The position numbers and the translations under genes are program-made. DNA of 64,000 nt from Candidatus Xenobia bacterium. Its GTDB lineage: Bacteria; Vulcanimicrobiota; Xenobia; Xenobiales; QWHO01. The notes under the pieces were generated by a model that did no database searches, was not told the DNA's origin, and worked only from the letters and a program-made list of their open reading frames with translations. Numbering within the stretch: position 1 is the stretch's first letter; each line of letters starts with the position of its first letter. Below, piece after piece: positions 48,017 to 57,324 of the stretch. Location of the stretch: assembly GCA_045863235.1 (NCBI GenBank), contig BTUM01000027.1, positions 20,667 through 84,666 of the forward strand. The letters run 5' to 3'.

Positions 48017-48832
48017 TTAGCGGACGAGACCCAGCGCGGACTGGGTCAGTTTGTCCATGGCGCGGAAGGCGGCCATGTTCGCTTCGTAGTTCTGCTTGGC
48101 CATACCGATGGCGGCGGCCTGCTGGGCGAAATCGACGTTGGCCAGTTCGAGGCTACCGGGAGCCACGCTACCCAGGGCACCCTGACCGGCCACACCGACA
48201 ACCGAGCCACCCGAGTGCTCGGACTCGGCGAAGGTCGTCGTTCCGGTCTTCTTCAAGGCGCTGGGATTGGCGAAAGAGGCCACACCCACCTGATAGAGCG
48301 GCGTTGAGGTGGTGATGGTCTGGTTGGTCACCGGGTCGGTCAGAGTGGACTCGCCGTAGAGCTTGCCCGTCTCGTCGAAGTGGAACCCTGTGTATTTCCC
48401 GGCATACAGCTTGGTCTGGGGATCCAGCGAAAGGTCAATGGCCCCGAGGTCACCCGAGATGTTGCCCTGCGCGTCAAGCTTGAAGCCCTGCACGCGCTTG
48501 CCGTCTTGCATACAGAGCTGCCCGTTCTGCCAGGTGAAGCGGCCGTCTCGGGTGTAGTGATTCTTGACGCCATCGGAAACCATGAAGAAACCCTGTCCGT
48601 TCATCGCCAGGTTGGTCGGCGTCTGGGTTTTGAAAATCTGACCCTGGCTAAAGACGATGCCGCCGTGGCGGGTCTGGGCGCCACCCGACATCGTCTGGTT
48701 CATGATGTCAGAGAACTGAACGGTTTCCGCCTTGTAACCCGGAGTGAACTGGTTCTTCAAGTTCTCCGAGTAAGTGTTCAGCATCTCCTGGTTCTGCATG
48801 ATCGAGCTGACCTGATAATTGAAATCAAACAT
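48017..48832 (-). CDS. Short hook / distal rod protein (FlgE/FlgG family)
   Basis: NLKNQFTPGYK, NLAMNGQGFF, YTRDGRF, FANPSAL, LELANVD; 271 aa. Confidence 0.88.
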   Translation of the reverse strand: MFDFNYQVSSIMQNQEMLNTYSENLKNQFTPGYKAETVQFSDIMNQTMSGGAQTRHGGIVFSQGQIFKTQTPTNLAMNGQGFFMVSDGVKNHYTRDGRFTWQNGQLCMQDGKRVQGFKLDAQGNISGDLGAIDLSLDPQTKLYAGKYTGFHFDETGKLYGESTLTDPVTNQTITTSTPLYQVGVASFANPSALKKTGTTTFAESEHSGGSVVGVAGQGALGSVAPGSLELANVDFAQQAAAIGMAKQNYEANMAAFRAMDKLTQSALGLVR

Positions 48833-48947
48833 CCCGCGAAGCGTCCTCCTTCTTGTTGAACCCTCTGTGTGTGTTTCTACAGAACTGCGCGCCCTTGACT
48901 TCCCGTTCTCATTCTAGACCTGTATCGTTGCCGCAGGTTTACCGCGG

Positions 48948-48966
48948 TGTTAACACGATGTTAACA
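48948..48966. promoter_or_regulatory. Box TGTTAACA-cga-TGTTAACA upstream of the flgE/G-fliM-flhA unit
   Basis: Perfect tandem palindromes, 11-bp period; -10 TAGAAT on the minus strand at 48911-48916. Confidence 0.7.
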
Positions 48967-49059
48967 TGGTCGCCCCAAACCGGCCGGGTAGGACGAAGAG
49001 GCCCGCGACAGCACACGGTTTGCCGTGTACCCGCGGGCCCCCGAAGCCCACCTCGGTGC

Positions 49060-49980
49060 TCAGACCGTCTCGACGAGCTTGACGGTAACCTCGTTGAGCC
49101 GAACGCCCCTGTCGGCCACCTTGGAGCGCAGCTCTTCCTCGTTCTCTTCGATCACTTCGCGGGTGGTGCGCGAGGTGGTCTCAAACTCGGCTTTGATCCC
49201 GTCCTTGCCGTGCACGAGCTTGATCCGCAAATCGCCAAGATACTCGGGATTGAGCTTCAAGCTGAGCTCGGTCTTGTTGGCCAGGTTGCGCACCTCGATG
49301 TGCTGCAGAACCTGGTCGATGACCAACTGTCGGTTCTGACGCGCGTCTTCAGCCTGATTCTGAGCTCTGACCTCGGTCGACAACTGGACCGAGCGCAGCT
49401 CGCGCGCCAGGTCTTTCTGGGGCTGGCTCTCACCCACCAGTTTCTCGAACTCTTTGCCGTCGCGCTCTTGCTCTCGCTCACGCACCAACTGATCGAGTGC
49501 GCTGGAGACCTGGTTGCGCGCGCCATCGCGCGTGACCATGGCCAGTTGGGTGAAGGAGAGGTCGCGGAACTGCAGTCCTCGCTCGGTCAACATCCCTCGC
49601 AGGTCGTGCAGGCCAACAGAGGAAAACTCGGCCAATCGCATCGACTGTTTTTCGCCCAGGGACAAGGTGTCGGGATTCTTGTAGGCCAGATCGAAAAGGT
49701 AGCCGTTCAGCTTGCTCATGTGCTTCTGTTGAAGCTTCTGGTCGAGGTTCTCGGCCCGCTCAGCCTCGGCTTTTCTGGCGGATTCCTTGGGCTCGTCCTT
49801 CTTGGACGTCTTTTCATCAGAGATGATCGTACGGGTCTTGCCGGATTCTTCCCTATCCCCCGTGGCTTTGTCCAGCTCCCTCGAGAAAGCGTCGGCATCG
49901 CCTTTCTCTCTGGTGGTCTTGGTGCTGGTCGGTGAAGCCCCGGAGGTACCGACTATGGTGGCGATCAGCGGATTTTCCAT
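49060..49980 (-). CDS. fliK: Length-control protein FliK-like
   Basis: Disordered N-terminus; C-terminal LKLNPEYLGDLRIKL (PxxLG) domain; syntenic position. Confidence 0.85.
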   Translation of the reverse strand: MENPLIATIVGTSGASPTSTKTTREKGDADAFSRELDKATGDREESGKTRTIISDEKTSKKDEPKESARKAEAERAENLDQKLQQKHMSKLNGYLFDLAYKNPDTLSLGEKQSMRLAEFSSVGLHDLRGMLTERGLQFRDLSFTQLAMVTRDGARNQVSSALDQLVREREQERDGKEFEKLVGESQPQKDLARELRSVQLSTEVRAQNQAEDARQNRQLVIDQVLQHIEVRNLANKTELSLKLNPEYLGDLRIKLVHGKDGIKAEFETTSRTTREVIEENEEELRSKVADRGVRLNEVTVKLVETV

Positions 49981-50019
49981 TCAAACACCCCTCATTGCGA
50001 TTTTTCTCCTGAGAAAAGC

Positions 50020-50664
50020 TTAGAAACTGGACCCTCCAGACTGCTGCTTGTAGCGCTGGTAGTTGTCGAGCACCACCGACACGTAGTGCTGGGTTTCGGC
50101 GTAGGGAGGAATGCCTCCCGACTGCATGACCGCCCCCGGACCGGCGTTGTAGGCGGCGATGGCTTTGGTCATGTTACCCTGGAAGGTATCGAGCATCTGG
50201 CGGAGGTACTTGGTGCCGCCCATGATGTTTTGATAGGGATCGAAGCCGTCCGTGACCCCAAGCTCGGCGGCCGTCTCGGGCATCAGTTGCATGAGCCCCA
50301 TGGCCCCACAGTGCGACTCGGCTTTCGGGTTATAGGCCGATTCTTGCTTGATGACGGCGCGGATGAGAGCCTCATCAACGTTGTATTTCCCTGAGGCCTC
50401 TTTGATCATCCCGTCGTAGTCGCTCGGCTCGCCCGCCCAGCGCCCGCTCGAAGGGCTGCTTGGCCGAGCGGCCGTGGCTGGCTTCTTCTCCTGGGCCAGC
50501 GAGTTGACCAGGTTCTCAAAGGTGACCGCCTCGCTGGAGCGGGTCTGACCGCTAACCAGGTGAGAGGGCGCGCCAGACTGGGTAATATAGCCCTTCTGGC
50601 CCCCCATCCGGGCGTCCAGCTGCTGAAGCTTCAGCTCCAGCGCCTTGATGCGATCCATGGACAT
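50020..50664 (-). CDS. SLT-domain lytic transglycosylase
   Basis: AVIKQES, GAMGLMQLMP, AYNAGPG, PPYAETQHYV; SD AAGGAGG; no Sec signal. Confidence 0.93.
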   Translation of the reverse strand: MSMDRIKALELKLQQLDARMGGQKGYITQSGAPSHLVSGQTRSSEAVTFENLVNSLAQEKKPATAARPSSPSSGRWAGEPSDYDGMIKEASGKYNVDEALIRAVIKQESAYNPKAESHCGAMGLMQLMPETAAELGVTDGFDPYQNIMGGTKYLRQMLDTFQGNMTKAIAAYNAGPGAVMQSGGIPPYAETQHYVSVVLDNYQRYKQQSGGSSF

Positions 50665-50788
50665 GCCGGGTTCCTCCTTCGCTATCCGGGACTGCGATGG
50701 CAACACCACGTTAAGCCGGGTGGTAGGCCGGAGGAAGTCCAGGGGGCGATTGGGCGCATACTCAGTATAGCTGTCCAGCCTCCCGGGG

Positions 50789-51265
50789 TCAACATTCCGA
50801 CTTCCCTCCGGTCGCCTGCTCGCGAGCGAACTTGATGGTAGCGAGCTCGTCGATCATCTTGGCTTCCTCGTAGTCCATCTCGGCCTGCCAGGCCTCCTGG
50901 CTCTGCTCCTTGTGTTTTTCGTAAGTTTTTCGCTTCATGGCGGCTTTGAGAAGATTCTCTCGCTGTTGGACGATCGCGATGGCAAGTTCTTGCAGGCGAA
51001 GCTCCTGATACTTGATCTTGTTCTCGAGGCTCTTGATGTGCTGCGGGTAGAACCGCAGCTCGTTGATGCTCACCTGGCCCACGGCCTGCTTGTGGCGCAC
51101 CTCGATGTGTGTCTGTTGCAGCTGATGCTCGAGCTGGGCTTTGACCTGGCGCTCGTGGGCCTCTTCCTGAATCAGCTTGCCGAGCTTCTCTTTCTCTTCA
51201 TCTTCCTTCTTACGGGCCAGCTCGAGCACTTTCTCGAGACGATATCGAAAGCGTTTGGGGGGCAT
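50789..51265 (-). CDS. fliJ: Export stalk FliJ
   Basis: FRYRLEKVL start, coiled coil, EAKMIDE; follows fliI. Confidence 0.87.
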   Translation of the reverse strand: MPPKRFRYRLEKVLELARKKEDEEKEKLGKLIQEEAHERQVKAQLEHQLQQTHIEVRHKQAVGQVSINELRFYPQHIKSLENKIKYQELRLQELAIAIVQQRENLLKAAMKRKTYEKHKEQSQEAWQAEMDYEEAKMIDELATIKFAREQATGGKSEC

Positions 51266-52593
51266 TAGCGGTTCATCAGCTCGAGCAGACGATTGCGCGT
51301 TTCCTCAAACGGAGCCGGATCGTAGATTCCCTGCGTGAGGAAGGCGCGGACCTCATCGATCATCGCGATGGCATAGTCCACCTTGGGGTTGGAGCCTCGC
51401 TGGTAGGCGCCAATATTGATCAGGTCCTCTTGCTCGCCATAGGTGGCCAGCACGCCGCGCAGCTTCATGGCCGCAGCCTGATGCTCCTTGGGGTTGATCT
51501 CGGTGAAAAGACGCGAGACCGACTGCAGCACATCCACGGCCGGGTACTGGTTCTTGTGGGCGATCTTTCGGTTGAGCACGATATGGCCGTCCAGAATGCC
51601 GCGCACCGTGTCGGCGATAGGCTCGTTCATGTCGTCGCCCTCAACCAGCACCGTGTAGATAGCGGTAATGGTGCCGCGCGGAGAGGTGCCCGCGCGCTCC
51701 ATCAGCTTGGGCAGAAGAGCAAACACCGAGGGGGTGTAGCCCTTGGTGGCGGGAGGCTCTCCCACCGCCAGGCCCACCTCGCGCTGGGCCATCGCAAAAC
51801 GCGTCACCGAGTCCATCATCAAGATGACGTTCTTGCCCTGGTCGCGGAAGTACTCGGCCACAGCCGTGCCGGTGTAAGCAGCTTTCAGGCGCACCAGGGC
51901 GGGCGTGTCCGAGGTGGCCACCACCACTACGGAGCGAGCCAGGCCGGCCTCGCCCAGGTCACGCTCCAGGAAGTCGCGCAGCTCGCGGCCGCGCTCTCCC
52001 ACCAGAGTCAGCACGTTGACATCGGCCTCTGCGGCATTGCGCGCGATCATCGAGAGGGTGGTCGACTTACCCACCCCCGAGCCGGCAAAAATCCCGACGC
52101 GCTGGCCCTTCCCGAAAGTCAGCATGGAGTCGAGCACCCGCACTCCCAACGGCATCACGTGCTCGATGCGGGGTCGCGTGATCGGGTTGGGCGGATCGTT
52201 GTAAATGGGCACCTCAACCTCATACTCCAGGGGCCCTTTGCCGTCGATGGGCTCGCCCAGCCCGTCCAAGACACGCCCCAGCATCTTGGGGCCCACCTTG
52301 ACCGACAGGGGCTTGCCCATGCCGCGCACCTCGCAGCCGGGCCCGATGCCTCCCATGTCGCCCAGGGGCATCAGCATGACCTTGTTGGCTTTGAACCCCA
52401 CCACTTCGGTGCGGATAGGCGGGCGGCCCGTCTTGTCATAGACCAGGCACAGCTCGCCCATCTTCACAGCCGGACCCTCGGACTCGATCGTCAGACCGAT
52501 CACCTGCTGCACGCGGCCATGCATCTTGACGGTGTGAATCTGGGGCAGCAGGCGCTCAAAGCGGTCGAAGTTCAATTTCAGCTCAGTTTCCAC
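51265..52593 (-). CDS. fliI: Export ATPase FliI
   Basis: AGSGVGKST, GERGRE, MDSVTRFAMAQRE, GEPP, DGHIVL. Confidence 0.97.
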   Translation of the reverse strand: METELKLNFDRFERLLPQIHTVKMHGRVQQVIGLTIESEGPAVKMGELCLVYDKTGRPPIRTEVVGFKANKVMLMPLGDMGGIGPGCEVRGMGKPLSVKVGPKMLGRVLDGLGEPIDGKGPLEYEVEVPIYNDPPNPITRPRIEHVMPLGVRVLDSMLTFGKGQRVGIFAGSGVGKSTTLSMIARNAAEADVNVLTLVGERGRELRDFLERDLGEAGLARSVVVVATSDTPALVRLKAAYTGTAVAEYFRDQGKNVILMMDSVTRFAMAQREVGLAVGEPPATKGYTPSVFALLPKLMERAGTSPRGTITAIYTVLVEGDDMNEPIADTVRGILDGHIVLNRKIAHKNQYPAVDVLQSVSRLFTEINPKEHQAAAMKLRGVLATYGEQEDLINIGAYQRGSNPKVDYAIAMIDEVRAFLTQGIYDPAPFEETRNRLLELMNR

Positions 52594-53641
52594 TGGACAG
52601 CTCCGTCTCCACCAGTTCAGCAGTCTCCTCGAAGGCAGCGGTGATGGCGGCCATCTTGGTGGCCAGACGCGCATCCACATTGCCCAGGTTGGTCTCCAGC
52701 ACGCAACTGCCGGGATCGAGACTGGCGTCCGCTTGCACCTCGAACTTCTTCAGGCCCTCCACCATCTTTTCGAACTCCGGCTGGTGCTTCTTGGCCTGCT
52801 CGAAGTCGTCGGGGTGGCAACGAATGGTGATCTCCTCTCGGTCCTTGATGCCCGACAGAGCGTCGCGCACCACCCCGACGATGACCTCGGGATTGCTCTT
52901 GATCTCAAGTCCCAGCACCCGCTCAGCGATCTTCACCGACAGGCGCGCAAGCTCAGGCTCGGCCGCCTTGAGGACGCGCTCGCGCTCGGAGACGAACTGG
53001 CGGAACAGGATCTTGAACTCTTCCACGACGCCCGCCAGCTGCTGCTTGCCGGCCTCGAGACCCTCGCTCTTGCCCTGCTCGAAGCCCTGCTCGCGGGCCG
53101 TCTTCTCGGCCTCCTTCACCTGCGCCTGAGCTTCCTCCTTGAAGCGAGCTGCCTGCTCCTGAGCGTCGGTGATGATCTGCTGGGCCTTGCGGCGCGCCTC
53201 CTCGAGGATCTGCTCGTCGATGGGGGGTGGAGGCGGCGGGGGCGGCGCGGCGGGCGCCGCCGGCGCCCCCCCCCAGGTCGGGCCGGCAGGGGGCGCCGGC
53301 GCAGGCGCGGGCGCGGGCGGAGGGGGGGGCTCGTCCCCCCCGACCCGGACGGTGGTCTTGATGGGCGGCAGGCGCGGGTCAGCCGGTCCGGCCGGACCGG
53401 GAGCCTGGGCCACGCCGTGGCCGATGAGGCGGGTGCTGACCGGCTCCACTCGCGGAGGCTCGGCCGCCTCCACGAACTCGCTGGATGCTTCCTCCTGGGC
53501 CGGCGGTGGGGGAGGAGGGGGTTCGGAAAAGCCAGCCTCGTCCGGGCCTACGAACTCGCTGGAGCGGTAAAGGGCGGAGTGTCGCCCCCCATCCTTAGGA
53601 GTCGCTGCTGTCTCTCCAGGCTTTTTCTTAATGAGCGCCAG
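52583..53641 (-). CDS. fliH: FliH with long Pro-rich N-terminal extension
   Basis: AxxxGxxxGxxxG motif, C-terminal GSCVLETNLGNVDA; frame open back to CTG 53641 (MALIKK); GTG 53473 is an alternative start. Confidence 0.88.
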   Translation of the reverse strand: MALIKKKPGETAATPKDGGRHSALYRSSEFVGPDEAGFSEPPPPPPPAQEEASSEFVEAAEPPRVEPVSTRLIGHGVAQAPGPAGPADPRLPPIKTTVRVGGDEPPPPPAPAPAPAPPAGPTWGGAPAAPAAPPPPPPPPIDEQILEEARRKAQQIITDAQEQAARFKEEAQAQVKEAEKTAREQGFEQGKSEGLEAGKQQLAGVVEEFKILFRQFVSERERVLKAAEPELARLSVKIAERVLGLEIKSNPEVIVGVVRDALSGIKDREEITIRCHPDDFEQAKKHQPEFEKMVEGLKKFEVQADASLDPGSCVLETNLGNVDARLATKMAAITAAFEETAELVETELSSGN

Positions 53642-53651
53642 GGCCAGCCAC

Positions 53652-54641
53652 CTACTTGAACTTGATCTTGCCCAGTGTCACCAGACCACGCAAGATGTTG
53701 CGGATCTGCTGCTGAGCCGACTTGATCTCTTCCCAGGGAACCTGGCCCAGGCTCTCCACGTCGTCGCGCAGAGCCCGAGCGACCTCGGGCGAGAGGAACC
53801 GGTAGATTCTTTCGCCCAGCTCCTTGTTGGCGCCTTTCAGGGCCAGCACCAGGTCACGAAAATCGGTCAGGCGGAGCACCTGTTGCAGCGAGCTGTCATC
53901 GATGTTGTTGAGATCCTCGAAGTCGCACAGTTTCGTCTTGATGTCGCTGGCCAGGTGCGGGCTCTTCTGGGTGAGTCCGGAAAGGATCTTCTCCTCGGTA
54001 TTGCGGTCTGCCTGATTGAGGATCTCGAGCAAGGCTTCCTTGCCGTCGGCGTGGGTCTGAAAGCCTTCGTCCAGTGCCTGCTGCAGGCGGCCCTCGAGCA
54101 CCCGCTCGACCTCGTCGAGGATCTCCTTGGAGATCTTGCCCAGTTCGGCCAGTCTTCGGGCCACTTCCGTCTGGACCCCGGGGCCGAGCTCGCCTAGCAC
54201 CGCCGAGGCCTGATTGGGCTCGAGGTAGCTCAGGACCAGGGCGATGGTCTGAGGATGCTCTTTACGAATCAGGTGAATGAGCTGACGCGGGTCGACCCGC
54301 CGGAGAAAGCCCAGGGGCCTTTTCTGGCCCGAGCCGGTCATCCCCATCCCACCCACGCTCAAAGTGGCCGAAGGGCGCGAGTCCATGATGGCCGTGCCCA
54401 GCCCACCCCCGCCTCCGGCGGCCGCTTCGCGCAGGCCGGGCACGTTCGTGGACTGCAAGAACTCCTCGATGACCTGCGCCCGCACCTCAGGGGAAATCTG
54501 GGGGAGCTTGGAGATCTCGAGAGTGATGGCCTGGACCTCCTCAGGGCCAAGCTCCTTGAAGAGCTGGGCAGACACCTCGGGAGGCAGCGACATCAGCAGG
54601 ATGGCGGCCTTTTGCTTGGGGGGCAGGTTGACGGTGGAGAT
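53652..54641 (-). CDS. fliG: C-ring protein FliG
   Basis: KAAILLMSL, EHPQTIA, ALKGA, LRDD; SD AAAGGAGG 7 nt before ATC 54641. Confidence 0.92.
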   Translation of the reverse strand: MSTVNLPPKQKAAILLMSLPPEVSAQLFKELGPEEVQAITLEISKLPQISPEVRAQVIEEFLQSTNVPGLREAAAGGGGGLGTAIMDSRPSATLSVGGMGMTGSGQKRPLGFLRRVDPRQLIHLIRKEHPQTIALVLSYLEPNQASAVLGELGPGVQTEVARRLAELGKISKEILDEVERVLEGRLQQALDEGFQTHADGKEALLEILNQADRNTEEKILSGLTQKSPHLASDIKTKLCDFEDLNNIDDSSLQQVLRLTDFRDLVLALKGANKELGERIYRFLSPEVARALRDDVESLGQVPWEEIKSAQQQIRNILRGLVTLGKIKFK

Positions 54642-54690
54642 GGCAGAGCCTCCTTTCCTGGTCCACTTCGCCCGCTCGGGGCCCGATCTC

Positions 54691-55557
54691 CTACTTGAGC
54701 CAGCGCTCGCGGAGCTTCCGTGCAAAAGCGGCCGGGTCTTCGCTGGCCAGTTCGTTGGCCAGATCGACCTTGAACGTGTCCAGGCGTCGACAGACACGGC
54801 GCCTCAGGTCCGGGGCCATCTGCTCGAGCACGGCCGTGCGCTTGGAGGGCTCGAGGCTGCGCAACAGGAGTGCGATGGTGGGAGGGTCTTCCCCCTCGAG
54901 CAGGTGCAAGAGCTGGGTGCGGTCCAGGCTCTGGAGCAGGCCAGCCAGAGGCGAGCGGGTGCTGGACTCAGGCAACTCGAGAAACTCGCTCAGCACACGG
55001 TCGCGATCCTCCGCGGTTGTTGGCGGCAAGTGAGCAATCTCCCGAGTGATCGCTTCCACCTCTTTGGGTCCAAGCTCTTTGAAGAGCTCGGCAGACACAG
55101 CAGGGGGCAGCGACATCAGCAGAATGGCGACCTTCTGGCGACTCCTCAGACCGGTCGAAACTGTGGAAAGGGCCCCGACGCAGTCGGACTGGATCAAAAG
55201 CGAGCGCAACTGGGCCTTCATCCACTCCCCGTCTCGTCTGGCCAAGCGCCGGATGTGCCGAGTGGGGTCAGACTCAGCGATGGGAAGCCGGAAATACTCG
55301 CAGGGACCTTCACGTCGATGCTGCAGCAGCGGCTCGCATGCCCAGAGCGTGGGCCAGCGACGCGAGTGAAAGATCTCCTCCAGGTGCTGCATCTCCGTGA
55401 ACAGTGCCTGGCGCTCCTCGCTTCCGAGTTGCTCGAGCCAGTCCAGCGGAGCCTCGCGGCCCATGGCCAGAAGTGTCAGCGCAAGCCGCCGCAAGGGAGT
55501 CAACTCGACGTACGGAATCGTCCTCACCCCTTCAGCCGTGGTCGTCGTGGTGGTCAC
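54691..55557 (-). CDS. Divergent FliG paralog (FliG N/M domains plus FliF-like C-terminal tail)
   Basis: KVAILLMSLPPAVSAELFKELGP nearly identical to fliG; EDPPTIALLL; ends LASEDPAAFARKLRERWLK. Confidence 0.75.
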   Translation of the reverse strand: MTTTTTTAEGVRTIPYVELTPLRRLALTLLAMGREAPLDWLEQLGSEERQALFTEMQHLEEIFHSRRWPTLWACEPLLQHRREGPCEYFRLPIAESDPTRHIRRLARRDGEWMKAQLRSLLIQSDCVGALSTVSTGLRSRQKVAILLMSLPPAVSAELFKELGPKEVEAITREIAHLPPTTAEDRDRVLSEFLELPESSTRSPLAGLLQSLDRTQLLHLLEGEDPPTIALLLRSLEPSKRTAVLEQMAPDLRRRVCRRLDTFKVDLANELASEDPAAFARKLRERWLK

Positions 55558-55607
55558 AGCAAGACGAGAGGGTTGCCCCTCTCGTTCTCGCGATTCAGCC
55601 GGAAAGG

Positions 55608-57242
55608 TTAGCCGCCCTGGGACAGCCAGGTGCTCTTGAGCATCTCAGCCACCTTGGTGGGACGCTCCTTGGCCAGCTTCTCAAGCTGCTCGGTCGTGTT
55701 GACGCGGGTCTCGCCCATCGCAGTGGTCTTGCCGCTCTTCTCGTTGAGCAGGTCAGAGATGTCGCTGGAAGTCGCTCCACCGGTGGCACCGAGCAAGGGG
55801 GCCGACTTGTCGACCTGCACCTTGTGCTGCTTGAGGAGGAACACGGCCACCACGGCCAGGAGGATCATGGCCGGGAAGAACATCATCAGGGCCACAACCT
55901 TGCCGTCGATCGCCGGGACCGCGGAGACCTGGCGAGGAACCGGGTTCTCGAGGGCCGCCTGGCCCTCGCGGATGGCGCTGGGCATGCCGCCCATGAAGGG
56001 CATGCTGATCACGGTGCAAGAGTCGCCGCGGCTCTCGTCGAGACCCACGGTATCCTTGACCAGGCCGGCGATCATGGCGCGCTTGTCTTCGGGAATGTTG
56101 TCCACGGCCACGCTGCAGGTGATACGCTTGATGCGCGGAGCACGGTCGACGACCTTGGCGACGGTCTCGCTGGCTTCGTGCTTGGTGGCCTCTTTGATCT
56201 GCTCGTAGCCGCCCTTGCCGGTGGCGCTCGCCGAGGACATCTGGGCCCCGTTGTCGGAGTTGTCACCGCCGCTGCGGTCGTAACGCTCCACCTGCTTCTG
56301 GCTGCCGGTGAGGACCGTGGGCCCCATCACCTTGCGAGTGGTTTCGGTCTGAGAGAAGTCGTATTCCACGTTGACGGTTGCCACCGAACGGTTCGCGCCC
56401 AGCACCGCGTCGAGCGCGGCCTGAACCTTGGACTGCTTCTCCTGCTGGTCCTTCATGCGCAACTCGTCGGGATTCATCGCCCCGATAGCCCCGTTCTCGC
56501 CATTGGGGACCATGGCGGTCAGGTCGGTGCCCTCCTTGTCGACCACCTGCACGTTCTCGGGCTTGAGGTCGGGGACAGAGGCGGCCACCAGGCGCATCAC
56601 CGCTGAGATCTGGGCCCGGTTGAACTTGAGGCCGGGCTGCAGCTTGAGCATCACCATCGCGGTGACCTTACGCTCGTCGTCTTTGAAGTAGGTCATTTCG
56701 GGGAGGGCCAACTTGACGTAGGCATCGGTAACGCCGTCGAACTGGCGCAGCGTCTCGGTAATCTGGCCCTCGAGCACGCGCTGAGACATGGCCCGCTGCT
56801 GCGACTCGGTCACCGTGCCCATGCCCGCTTCGGGCAGCTTGGTCATCACCTCGTGGCGAGGGAGCCCGAACTCTGCCAGCTTGATCTGAGCCCGAGCGCG
56901 ATCCTTAGGATGGACCGTGATCTGGTCGCCGGTCACGCTCACCTGGTGATAAATTCCCAGTTCGGTCAGCTTGGACGCGACCTCGTTGACGTCGTTCTCG
57001 GTCATCTTCGTCGAGTAAAGCGACACCGGCCGATTGGAGGCGCTGATAACGCTGTAGCTCAGGCCGCCAGCCATCGCCAGCCCAATGACCACGAACAACA
57101 AAATCTTGACCTTAGGGCTGAGCTTGCCCCACAACTCGGTCACTTTGCCCAGCGGCCCACCTCCGCCAGGGCCTGCAGCCGCTCCACGTCCTGTTGCGAG
57201 CCTGCTGCCGGTTCGCATCCCCGTCTGGATCCCAGTGGCCAT
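55608..57242 (-). CDS. fliF: MS-ring protein FliF
   Basis: Two TMs, LEGQITETL, AYVKLALPE, LVAASVPDL..ENVQVVD, C-terminal LAKERP..VA..LKSTWL. Confidence 0.93.
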   Translation of the reverse strand: MATGIQTGMRTGSRLATGRGAAAGPGGGGPLGKVTELWGKLSPKVKILLFVVIGLAMAGGLSYSVISASNRPVSLYSTKMTENDVNEVASKLTELGIYHQVSVTGDQITVHPKDRARAQIKLAEFGLPRHEVMTKLPEAGMGTVTESQQRAMSQRVLEGQITETLRQFDGVTDAYVKLALPEMTYFKDDERKVTAMVMLKLQPGLKFNRAQISAVMRLVAASVPDLKPENVQVVDKEGTDLTAMVPNGENGAIGAMNPDELRMKDQQEKQSKVQAALDAVLGANRSVATVNVEYDFSQTETTRKVMGPTVLTGSQKQVERYDRSGGDNSDNGAQMSSASATGKGGYEQIKEATKHEASETVAKVVDRAPRIKRITCSVAVDNIPEDKRAMIAGLVKDTVGLDESRGDSCTVISMPFMGGMPSAIREGQAALENPVPRQVSAVPAIDGKVVALMMFFPAMILLAVVAVFLLKQHKVQVDKSAPLLGATGGATSSDISDLLNEKSGKTTAMGETRVNTTEQLEKLAKERPTKVAEMLKSTWLSQGG

Positions 57243-57324
57243 CGTAGGTCCTCTCCTTCCGATCCTCTCGATCCCCAAAACCCGGCTCTATCTGTGTGGC
57301 CCCCGGGCAAGGCCTGACTTCAGG

